Positions 36,677 to 45,039 of a DNA stretch of 64,000 nt are shown in pieces. Within the stretch, counting starts at the first letter, position 1. Each line of letters begins with the position of its first letter. The DNA is taken from contig CAYXEC010000003.1 in the NCBI GenBank assembly GCA_964463855.1, positions 6,452 through 70,451 of the forward strand, written 5' to 3'. The position numbers were made by a program, and so were the translations under genes. The notes beneath the pieces were generated by a model that did not search any database, was not told the DNA's origin, and saw only the letters and a list, made by a program, of their open reading frames with translations. This DNA is from an uncultured Verrucomicrobiales bacterium. Lineage in GTDB: Bacteria > Verrucomicrobiota > Verrucomicrobiia > Verrucomicrobiales > Akkermansiaceae.

Positions 36677-36898
36677 GAATGGATAGATTCGCTTAAAAGG
36701 AAAATGTTGAAAAGTTGACGCAGGTTACCCCGATTTTAAGTTAACTGCACTACTTTTTTATAGTTTTTTCAATTTTTCTTTAATTGCTGCCGTTCCGGGT
36801 GTACAAAAAATACACGTAACTGCCCATGTTTATCATTTATTGATTGGTATGTAGGTTCGTAAAGGGGGGGATGAATTACTGTTTTTTTTCAGATCAGC
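36677..36898. promoter_or_regulatory. AT-rich divergent intergenic control region
   Basis: Visibly AT-rich compared with flanking sequence (for example TTTTTTATAGTTTTTTCAATTTTTCTTTAATTG). Contains the inverted repeat GTGTA-N7-TACAC at 36799-36815 and GTTAAC at about 36750. Confidence 0.5.
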
Positions 36899-38377
36899 GT
36901 GTCAACGATTAGCTCAGCCCCCGTAAACAGCGATATCCGGTTCGAGAACAGCCAGGGTCAGGCGCTTAGTGCTCGTCTATTGTTGATGCGCCGATACTCG
37001 ATTTCGTTCGAGATTCACAATCCCTACTGCAGTGTCCAGCTCTCCGAGGTGCTGAGGAGTTTTCGTATCCAAATCAACGGAAGGCTGGCCTTTGAGGGAG
37101 ATGCTGTGGTTTCGAGCATGGTGAACACGGGGCTGGTATTGGTCTGTGAGGCGACATTGAGCAACGGCTGGAAAGAAGTCGATTTTCTGGCAAGCTCCCG
37201 GTCTGGTGAACTTGTCTCCCAGTTCGATGCATTCGTTGAGGATTGGAAACGGGCGCATCATGTGACTGCAGATTTCAAGCTTAATGTGGCTGAGATGCAG
37301 AGCATGATGATCGGCCTCAAGCGCTGGCTTGAAGAGATTGATCTTGGTATCCAGTCGATGGGCTCGGCGGACAAGAGCGGCGTGGAGCGTCAGGTGATTG
37401 CCGAGATCGAGGGGCGCGTGATGGAGGAGCTTATTCCACGTATGGCGAGTTTTGAGTCATCGGCCCGGAACATCCGGACAGTGGACCAGCCTGCCCACAA
37501 GAGCTATGTAAGAAGCCAGATGCACCCTCTCATGCTATGTTCACCCTTTGCCCACAGGGCGTATACCAAGCCTCTTGGTTATGCTGGTGATTATGAGGTT
37601 GTGAACATGATGATGCGTGATCCCTACGAGGGAAATTCACTCTTCGCCAAGTTGCTCAACAGGTCTTTCCTCGGCTTTGAGCCGGTGCAGGCGCATCGAA
37701 ACCGTATTGATTATCTGCTCGACACGATCCGTAGCGAGGCCAACAGGGTGGTCTCCGGGGGTCGCAGGCTCAAAGTGCTCAATCTGGGCTGCGGGGCAGC
37801 TCACGAGATACAACGCTTTCTTGAACAGGAGGAATTGAGTGACCACTGTGATTTCACTCTGATGGATTTCAACAAAGAGACGATTGACCATGCTGGGAGG
37901 GTACTCTCGGAGATCAAATTGAAGAATGACAGGATTACTGGTATCGAATTGGAGCAGCGATCCGTGCACCAGCTCCTCAAGCTGGCAAAGCGGGGCAATG
38001 TCGGTAATGATTTGGACTCCTATGATCTGGTCTATTGCGCAGGTCTTTTCGATTACCTGTCCCAAAAAGTATGCAAAAAGCTCGTCGAGCTTTTCACCAA
38101 GCTGCTGCGCCCGCAGGGGCTTGTCATTGTCACCAACGTGGCATCTACGAACCCTTGCATCGGTTGGATGGAATATGTCGTTGAATGGAATCTTGTTTAT
38201 CGTAACGATTGGGAGATGCTCGACTTGATTCCTTTGGACGGGACTGTTATGAAAACAGACCTCAAGAGGGAGTCCACTGGAGTAAACCTGTTTTTGGAGA
38301 TCCGAAAGGTCTCCATGACCGCATCCATGAGTTCTGAAAGCTTGATCCAATCTTCGTTACATCGTTACAATGAGTAG
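36899..38377 (+). CDS. class I SAM-dependent methyltransferase with about 250-aa N-terminal domain (PhcB-like architecture)
   Basis: 492 aa. Methyltransferase motifs are VLNLGCGAAHE, DLVYCAGLFDYL and LLRPQGLVIVTN, preceded by KPLGYAGDYEVVN. The N-terminal half has no catalytic motif. GTG start; the start is uncertain. Confidence 0.8.
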   Translation: MSTISSAPVNSDIRFENSQGQALSARLLLMRRYSISFEIHNPYCSVQLSEVLRSFRIQINGRLAFEGDAVVSSMVNTGLVLVCEATLSNGWKEVDFLASSRSGELVSQFDAFVEDWKRAHHVTADFKLNVAEMQSMMIGLKRWLEEIDLGIQSMGSADKSGVERQVIAEIEGRVMEELIPRMASFESSARNIRTVDQPAHKSYVRSQMHPLMLCSPFAHRAYTKPLGYAGDYEVVNMMMRDPYEGNSLFAKLLNRSFLGFEPVQAHRNRIDYLLDTIRSEANRVVSGGRRLKVLNLGCGAAHEIQRFLEQEELSDHCDFTLMDFNKETIDHAGRVLSEIKLKNDRITGIELEQRSVHQLLKLAKRGNVGNDLDSYDLVYCAGLFDYLSQKVCKKLVELFTKLLRPQGLVIVTNVASTNPCIGWMEYVVEWNLVYRNDWEMLDLIPLDGTVMKTDLKRESTGVNLFLEIRKVSMTASMSSESLIQSSLHRYNE

Positions 38378-39776
38378 ACCTGATCAAACCGTAAAAGAGC
38401 TTTTCAAAATATCAGAAGAGCGGGCAATAAAAGTCAACTGTCTAAGGGCATCGGTTATCGGGGCTGTCTTCATGCTTGTCGGTGTGAGTCTCGATTTGGT
38501 GGTCTATCCAGACCCTGTTTATTTTTGGCCGCTATTTTGGAATCGAGTGATTACCGCAGCCCTGTTGCTCTCTTTTGGCTGGCTGTGCAAATTCTCCAAA
38601 CGTAGTTGGATCTCCAGACTGGTGGTACACACCGTCGCGATGCTGCCCATCGTTTCCATATCCATCATGATATTCGAGACGAATGGGGTTGAATCCACAT
38701 ATTGGGCGGGACTCAACCTGGTGCTCATGGGGGCGACCGTGCTTTTGCGCTGGGGAACGCTGGATAGTGCAATCAATGCATTGTTGTGTCTTGGCTCCTA
38801 TTTCTTCGCCATTTACCAGCATCATCGCGATGATTTTTTTCTCCTTCCGGGCGGCTTGGAAGATACCTTTGTGCCCGGTTACTTCATCTTTGTCACGGGT
38901 GCCATCGCGGCAACGGCCACTTACTTTTACAATGGTAGCCGTTTCCGTGAGTTTTGTCTGGCCATGGAAGTGGCGGCAACCAACAAGGAGCTGAGGAATT
39001 CCAACCTCCAGCTTGCTGATAACATTGCCGAGCTGGAGTCCGCCAACGTCAAGCTCAAGGAGCAGGGCAGCCTGCTTGTCCAGAGTGAGAAGCTCTCATC
39101 TCTGGGGCGCATGAGTGCCGGCATTGTGCATGAGGTCAACAACCCACTCAACTACAGTAAAATAGCAATCCATACCCTGAAGTCATTCCAATCCTCCATT
39201 GATCAGGAAGAGAGGGATGACTTCCTGGAGGTGATTGCAGATGCTGAGGAGGGGGTCGTGCGCGTCATCGGCATTATTTCCGATTTACGCTCCTTTACCC
39301 GTGGTGACACAGTGAACAAAGAGCCCATCAAGGTGGCTTCATTTACTGAAAGTGCCCGCAAATTGGCGAGTTCGATCCTCGCAGATGTTGAGCTCACGAT
39401 CGATGTCGATCCAGCCCACGAGATTGAGGGCAATGAGCGTCAGCTTTGTCAGCTTCTCATTAACTTCATGCAGAATGCAGTCAGGGCCATTGATGTCAAG
39501 GCAGCCAAATTGGGGTCTTTCGAGGGGCGCATCAGCTTGACATCGGAATGCAGTGACGAGGGGGTCAGTGTGGTGATGCGGGACAATGGCTGCGGAATAT
39601 CCAAAGAGGATATCGATCACATTTTCGAGCCGTTCTTCACTAAAAACGACGTTGGTGAGGGGATGGGCCTGGGTTTGAGCATTTGCCACCGTATCCTGGA
39701 TCAACATAACGCCACTATAGCGGTTGAATCGGAGGTTGATGAGTTCACCGAATTCAGGATATTGTTCGAGAAATAA
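38370..39776 (+). CDS. membrane sensor histidine kinase (about 6 TM helices, no soluble sensor domain)
   Basis: 468 aa. H-box SAGIVHEVNNPLNY, N-box LLINFMQNAVRAI, G1 RDNGCGI and G2 GEGMGLGLSI. Its ATG overlaps the upstream gene's stop (ATGAGTAG). Confidence 0.9.
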   Translation: MSRPDQTVKELFKISEERAIKVNCLRASVIGAVFMLVGVSLDLVVYPDPVYFWPLFWNRVITAALLLSFGWLCKFSKRSWISRLVVHTVAMLPIVSISIMIFETNGVESTYWAGLNLVLMGATVLLRWGTLDSAINALLCLGSYFFAIYQHHRDDFFLLPGGLEDTFVPGYFIFVTGAIAATATYFYNGSRFREFCLAMEVAATNKELRNSNLQLADNIAELESANVKLKEQGSLLVQSEKLSSLGRMSAGIVHEVNNPLNYSKIAIHTLKSFQSSIDQEERDDFLEVIADAEEGVVRVIGIISDLRSFTRGDTVNKEPIKVASFTESARKLASSILADVELTIDVDPAHEIEGNERQLCQLLINFMQNAVRAIDVKAAKLGSFEGRISLTSECSDEGVSVVMRDNGCGISKEDIDHIFEPFFTKNDVGEGMGLGLSICHRILDQHNATIAVESEVDEFTEFRILFEK

Positions 39777-39867
39777 GCCAAAACGATCATTGCTAACGGT
39801 AAATCCAACGCTAATGTGCTTGGTTTGCTTGAAAAATTAGAATATAAAAAACGCGCGCAGATATATT

Positions 39868-41052
39868 ATGGATAATTCAAATCAAGAACACGTCGTTCTC
39901 TTCGTTGATGATGAGGAGAAAACCCGCAAATACTTTAACCGTCTGTTCGGTGACAAATTCAGAATAATGGTAGCTGTTGACGGCATGCACGCGCTTGAGG
40001 TCTTCAAGCAAAACAGTGAAAAGATTGCCGTGGTGGTTACCGACCAGCGCATGCCCAACATGTCCGGCACGCAACTGCTTGAAAAAGTGCGTGAGATCAA
40101 GCCCACTTGCATAAGGATTCTTTCAACAGCATATGCTGACATTGATACGGCTATTGACGCTGTGAACAAGGGCGGGATGTATCAGTACATCACCAAGCCA
40201 TGGGAGGTGAACGATCTTGAAGCTGCCATTGACCGCGCGCTTGAGCTCTACAGTATTCAGCTCGAAAGGGATGCGCTGCTTCGTCAGAAGCTTTCCAGTG
40301 TTGAGATGCTCGCCTCCTCAGACCGGGTTCTCTCGATCGCGACGATGGCTGTGTTCCGCAATGAGGAATTGAACCATGTCGGTGAGGCGCTCAAGCCCCT
40401 TGTCGAGCTTGCGGAAATTGGTGCTGATAATGACATTAAGGAGCCCGGTATTGATCCCAGTTTGAACTGGAGGGAACTCTATCGCAGGCATCTGGTGTTC
40501 CTACGTGCCATACGTGAAGGTCTCACGGATGACAAGCTGCGTGGAGAGGATCTTAATTACGGAGAAAGTGTGCCAGTGATGGATGTCGTGGGCCCCGTTA
40601 CCGAGGAGCTGGGTTGTTTCCAGTGGATCGGTGACGAGAAGTCTGAGTCAGGTTGGCCTGGTTCCCTGGAGGCAATGCAGGGAGAAGTAAGGCCTTTCCT
40701 CAAGGCTCTCGTCAGTGTCATGCGCGATGCCGGTGTGATTCTTATTTCCCAGACTCAGGGTGGAGTTGAATTCAGCTTGTCCTCGCGCCTGCTCGCCAAA
40801 AGTCTCGAGTCTCTGCGCACGGCAACAGAGCATGCCCCGTCCGATGATTGCATCGCCCTGTGCGCGGGCTTCTTCCGGATGGCACATGCAGGGGCCCATT
40901 TTGAAGTGGAACCTGAGTCCAACCGGGAAATGGTTCGCCTTAAGGTGACATTTGACCTGACAAGACGCGTGGATGTCACCGAGAGTGGTTGGGATTCCCT
41001 CGTGGTTGCGCTGACTGGCGATGACATTTTCTGGGCCCGCTACGGAGCCTAG
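39868..41052 (+). CDS. response regulator with non-DNA-binding, degenerate kinase-like output domain
   Basis: 394 aa. Receiver domain has LFVDDEE, VVTDQRMPNMSG and YITKPW. The remaining 260 aa or so have no HTH, and their ends resemble the DHp and last strands of the neighbouring kinase. Confidence 0.85.
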   Translation: MDNSNQEHVVLFVDDEEKTRKYFNRLFGDKFRIMVAVDGMHALEVFKQNSEKIAVVVTDQRMPNMSGTQLLEKVREIKPTCIRILSTAYADIDTAIDAVNKGGMYQYITKPWEVNDLEAAIDRALELYSIQLERDALLRQKLSSVEMLASSDRVLSIATMAVFRNEELNHVGEALKPLVELAEIGADNDIKEPGIDPSLNWRELYRRHLVFLRAIREGLTDDKLRGEDLNYGESVPVMDVVGPVTEELGCFQWIGDEKSESGWPGSLEAMQGEVRPFLKALVSVMRDAGVILISQTQGGVEFSLSSRLLAKSLESLRTATEHAPSDDCIALCAGFFRMAHAGAHFEVEPESNREMVRLKVTFDLTRRVDVTESGWDSLVVALTGDDIFWARYGA

Positions 41053-41153
41053 AAGGCAGTCTGAACGCCAGTTGTGTTCCGCTGCCTAGTCCGGCTGTCC
41101 GGCTTGGGCCGCTCTCGTTTTTTTGGGCGGATGATGCGAGTCTACTAAGGCTT

Positions 41154-41387
41154 CTAAAAACCTCCGTGGCCGTATGCATGACTGCCCCTGCCTTGCTGGG
41201 GGCCTGCGCTGTCACCCTCTTTTCTCACTTCCGCGGCAGAGAGGATGTCCCGCTCCATTTGCTCCTGGAGCACCGGATCGGGGGCACATGAGGATGTTGA
41301 CAAAACAGAGCCCGCTAGCGCGGTGACTATGAGGATGATAGCTGAACGGCATTCGGAATGTGATGTAATCTTCATGACAAGCTTCAT
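41154..41387 (-). CDS. small putative lipoprotein (hypothetical)
   Basis: 77 aa with a signal-like hydrophobic stretch ending ...LSTSSC. The rest is hydrophilic, with a Gly/His-rich C-terminus. Confidence 0.4.
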   Translation of the reverse strand: MKLVMKITSHSECRSAIILIVTALAGSVLSTSSCAPDPVLQEQMERDILSAAEVRKEGDSAGPQQGRGSHAYGHGGF

Positions 41388-41483
41388 TCTGGTCTTTGAT
41401 CTGGAGTTTTACAAGGAGCTAATTGGCCAATGAAGGGCACCACAAAGTGACATAAAGCAGGTGCAGATAGGGCCGATTTACTA

Positions 41484-43208
41484 TTGCCTAAAGAGGGAAC
41501 CCGTATCATACCCCGTGGCATGGCAAATGCTGATATGAGTCGCATGAGAAGGTTGGGTGTGTTGATTCCCGTTTTTTCCCTTCGCCGAGATGACGACCTT
41601 GGTATCGGTGACACCCGATCCCTGCTGGATGCGGTGAAATGGGCAGCGGCGAACGGCGTTGGATTCCTGCAGTTATTACCCATCAATGAGACCGGTGCTG
41701 ATCACAGCCCCTATAATGCGATAAGTTCCGTTGCTTTGGACCCCTTGCTCCTGGATCTTGAGGCCATTCCCCAAATAGATGTGGCTGATATCAGGAAAGT
41801 GGCACAGAAGTTCGGCATCAGCGGCAAGACCGAGGATCTGGTCGATTACGACCTGGTCTTTCAAGCCAAGTGGGAGTTGCTTGCCAGCGGGTTTGAAGCT
41901 TTCTGGAATTCGGGGGAGATCAATACTGTATTTGATGCATTCCGCATTGAAGAGGCAGAGTGGCTCATTCCCTACTGCAAATTCCGCTGGCTCATGGAGA
42001 TGGCAGGGTCCGAGGGCTGGGAACTTTGGCCTGAGCAATATAACACGCCAGATGCTGCTGAGCTTTATCTGGCCTCACTTCCCGTAGAGGAAGTAGAGCG
42101 CCATTTAACCTTTTATGCATGGGTTCAATGGCACGCCTTTTCCCAGTGGCGGGCATTGCGAGACTATGCGCAAGAGCATGATGTCAAGTTGATGGGGGAT
42201 ATTCCGATCGGTATCTCATTCAATAGTGCTGATGTGTTTTTTGAGCCGGAGTGGTTCGACCTCTCATTGTCGGGAGGATCACCGCCTGAGACGGTTTTCA
42301 AGGATGATGCCTTTGCTTGCCAGTGGGGGCAGAACTGGGGCATTCCCATCTACCGCTGGGATGTGCAGGAGAAAAATGATTATTCATGGTGGCGCCGAAG
42401 AATTGAGAAACTGACGGATGTTTTTCACATTTTCAGGATCGATCACATTCTTGGATTTTACCGGATTTACAGCTTTCCATGGAGGCCAAGTCGCAATGCT
42501 GAATTTGTTGGCCTGAGTGAAAAACAGGCACAGAAAATCACCGGCGGGCCCCTTCCTTGTTTCTTTCCGCGACCAGATGATACGGACAAAAACCGGGGCG
42601 CCAATCTGGCGGATGGTGACAAATACCTCAGGGTGGTTCTGGAGGCGGCAGGTGACGGGGAAGTGGTCGGCGAGGATCTGGGATGCGTTCCCGATTATGT
42701 TCGACCCAATTTGGAGGATCTGGGTATTGCCGGTTTCAAGATTTGTCATTGGGAGGTCCGTGGGCACGGTGAAACAGTTCCCGGATCGGATTATCCCGAG
42801 TGTTCCTTTGCCACCTATGCCACCCATGATCACGAATCCATACCTGCCATGTGGAACACGCTTAAAGGCATGTTGGGCGGTATGGAGCATGAGGGAGCGA
42901 TCAGAGGCTTGGAGCTTTTGAGCGATTTCGCCGGTTTGCCCAAGGGACCCAGTGCTGATTATTATGCGGAGTATGGCCCGGTGGTCAAATGGGCCCTTTT
43001 TGACCGCTTGTTGAAATCCAATGCCGATTATGCCTCACTGATGATTACCGACATCATTGATAGCACGGCGCGCATTAACATACCCGGCACGGTCGGAGGT
43101 AAAAACTGGCGCTACCGCTTGCCGTGGAAGCTGGAGGATATGCCGGAGGCCCTGCGCGGTGATTGCTCAAGGCTCAGGGAGCTCATCCGGATCTCGGGCC
43201 GCGGCTAG
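41484..43208 (+). CDS. malQ: 4-alpha-glucanotransferase (amylomaltase, GH77)
   Basis: LGIGDTRSL..., LLPINETG, LMGDIPIGISFNSADVF, FRIDHILGF, EDLGCVP and YATHDH are GH77 motifs. The real start is probably an internal Met (about 41535). Confidence 0.9.
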   Translation: MPKEGTRIIPRGMANADMSRMRRLGVLIPVFSLRRDDDLGIGDTRSLLDAVKWAAANGVGFLQLLPINETGADHSPYNAISSVALDPLLLDLEAIPQIDVADIRKVAQKFGISGKTEDLVDYDLVFQAKWELLASGFEAFWNSGEINTVFDAFRIEEAEWLIPYCKFRWLMEMAGSEGWELWPEQYNTPDAAELYLASLPVEEVERHLTFYAWVQWHAFSQWRALRDYAQEHDVKLMGDIPIGISFNSADVFFEPEWFDLSLSGGSPPETVFKDDAFACQWGQNWGIPIYRWDVQEKNDYSWWRRRIEKLTDVFHIFRIDHILGFYRIYSFPWRPSRNAEFVGLSEKQAQKITGGPLPCFFPRPDDTDKNRGANLADGDKYLRVVLEAAGDGEVVGEDLGCVPDYVRPNLEDLGIAGFKICHWEVRGHGETVPGSDYPECSFATYATHDHESIPAMWNTLKGMLGGMEHEGAIRGLELLSDFAGLPKGPSADYYAEYGPVVKWALFDRLLKSNADYASLMITDIIDSTARINIPGTVGGKNWRYRLPWKLEDMPEALRGDCSRLRELIRISGRG

Positions 43209-43838
43209 CTCTGTAGCATGCTCTATAATGAGATGACTGAGGTGTTGTTTTGACGCTTTGGACGGGGCCTCGGTGTGATCGGCATAGACCATGAGGATCT
43301 CGTTTTCATGAGCGTCAAAGCCGATGTCGCTGCGGGAAACATCATTGGCAATTACGAGATCACATCCCTTGAGCCTGAGCTTTTTGCGGGCGTTCTCCTC
43401 GAGGTCCTCTGTTTCGGCGGCAAAGCCAATCAAGACCCCCTGATATCCAAAGTCTATCCGTGCGGAGCCCAGGATGTCAGGGGTTTTGACCAGTTCGAGT
43501 GTCAAACCAGCCTCATTTTTTTTAATCTTCTGTGTCTGGATATCAGCCGGGCGGTAATCTGCAACTGCTGCAGCAAAAATGGCAATATCAGCGCGTTTGA
43601 TCCAGTGTGCCACCGCCTCGTACATTTCCGCTGCACTTTCCACCGGGATAAAATCCACCCGATCAGGCACGTCGAGATCCGTGGGCCCGGAAACAAGGAT
43701 GACCCGGTGCCCGGCATCCGCCGCTGATTTGGCGATAGCATAGCCCATTTTCCCAGATGATCTGTTGCTCAGGAATCTGACGGGATCGATGGCCTCACGC
43801 GTTGGGCCGGCGGTGATGAGAATCGTCATCTGGAACAT
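43167..43838 (-). CDS. coaB: phosphopantothenate--cysteine ligase (stand-alone CoaB)
   Basis: 223 aa. ILITAGPTREAIDPVRFLSNRSSGKMG is the CoaB signature. The ATG directly follows the coaC stop in the same frame. Confidence 0.88.
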   Translation of the reverse strand: MFQMTILITAGPTREAIDPVRFLSNRSSGKMGYAIAKSAADAGHRVILVSGPTDLDVPDRVDFIPVESAAEMYEAVAHWIKRADIAIFAAAVADYRPADIQTQKIKKNEAGLTLELVKTPDILGSARIDFGYQGVLIGFAAETEDLEENARKKLRLKGCDLVIANDVSRSDIGFDAHENEILMVYADHTEAPSKASKQHLSHLIIEHATELAAARDPDELPEP

Positions 43839-44384
43839 TTATGATGAGCTGCGCAGCAAGCTTTCTGCGGCCTCAATAATCCCCGACTCCTCCATGAGTC
43901 TTCCAGGGCCGGAGTAGCCGCATGCGAGCATGCCATCCTCCTCCGGACCAATGAACTGGCAGCCATCTTGTTGGAGGCGGGCGACATTACGCTGGGTGGC
44001 GACATGCTGCCACATTTTGCCATTCATGGCAGGTGCTATGAGGACCGGGGCCTTGGTGGCCAGATAGACACTGGAGAGTGGATCGGGTGCCAGGCCATTG
44101 GCGAAATTGGCCAGGCTATTGGCTGATGCGGGGGCCACAAGGAGGAGATCAGCCCGGTCTGCAAGGTCGATATGTCCTGGTTTCCAGGCCTGTTTTTCAT
44201 CTTCCAGAGAGGCCAAAACCGGGTTTTGGGATATTACCTGCAAGGTCAGGGGGGTGATGAACTCGGTCGCTGCACGTGTCATCACACAATGAACATGATG
44301 CCCATTTTTAACCAGCTGTGATGCGATTGCCGCCGCCTTGTATGCGGCGATGGATCCGGTGATGCCCAGGATGATGGTTTTCAT
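43839..44384 (-). CDS. coaC: phosphopantothenoylcysteine decarboxylase (stand-alone CoaC flavoprotein)
   Basis: 181 aa with GITGSIAAYKA, PAMNGKMW and MLACGYSGPGR. Confidence 0.88.
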   Translation of the reverse strand: MKTIILGITGSIAAYKAAAIASQLVKNGHHVHCVMTRAATEFITPLTLQVISQNPVLASLEDEKQAWKPGHIDLADRADLLLVAPASANSLANFANGLAPDPLSSVYLATKAPVLIAPAMNGKMWQHVATQRNVARLQQDGCQFIGPEEDGMLACGYSGPGRLMEESGIIEAAESLLRSSS

Positions 44385-45007
44385 GTCTCAGATTGAGGAG
44401 GTGATTGCCCTTTGAATCGTGAAACCCTGAGGCGCTCGGCAACCATGAGCGACTTGAATTGATGGTAATCCTGCTCACGTGAGTCTGAGAGCAAGCGATA
44501 TTTGTATTTTGCCCAGCTGGCGATTTCCACCAGGGCGTTTTTCATCCGTAAGGCAATGACATCCTCGGAGTCCGAGCCGCGTCCGGTCAGGCGCTTGCGT
44601 AGCTCTTCCTCCGTCCTGGGCATGACAAAGAGATCCACAAGAGCCGCCTGGATACCGCTGTCCTGACACGCACGCACCTGGTCTGCGCCTTGCACATCGA
44701 TATCCATGACCACGTCAGTGCCTGATGCGAGATGACCGATGATTTCAGATTTGAGAGTGCCGTAGAAATTACCATGAACTTCAGCGTATTCCAGGAAGTC
44801 TCCGTCATGGACCCTCTGCTCGAAGTTTTCACGGCTCAGAAAATGATAATCATGGCCATCGCGCTCGCCATCGCGTGCCGGACGGGTCGTGCAGGAAGTC
44901 GAGTAAACAGCCTCACCCTCATCGGCCAGACGGCGGCAGAGGGTTGTTTTCCCAGAGCCTGATGGTCCCGATACCAAAAGGAGGATGCCTGTGCGCTCAG
45001 TGGTCAT
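44381..45007 (-). CDS. gmk: guanylate kinase
   Basis: P-loop SGPSGSGKTTL, then STSCTTRPARDGERDGHDYHF. Has a 4-nt ATGA overlap with coaC. Confidence 0.93.
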   Translation of the reverse strand: MTTERTGILLLVSGPSGSGKTTLCRRLADEGEAVYSTSCTTRPARDGERDGHDYHFLSRENFEQRVHDGDFLEYAEVHGNFYGTLKSEIIGHLASGTDVVMDIDVQGADQVRACQDSGIQAALVDLFVMPRTEEELRKRLTGRGSDSEDVIALRMKNALVEIASWAKYKYRLLSDSREQDYHQFKSLMVAERLRVSRFKGQSPPQSET

Positions 45008-45039
45008 GCTGCAATTGTGCTGGTTGAGGTATTGGTAAA

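Noticed and set aside
36899-37200. Possible PilZ (c-di-GMP-binding) domain at the N-terminus of the methyltransferase
   Set aside because: I considered it because some methyltransferases of this type carry PilZ. I find no RxxxR motif and only a degenerate N-S-x-G in place of D/NxSxxG, so I do not claim c-di-GMP binding.
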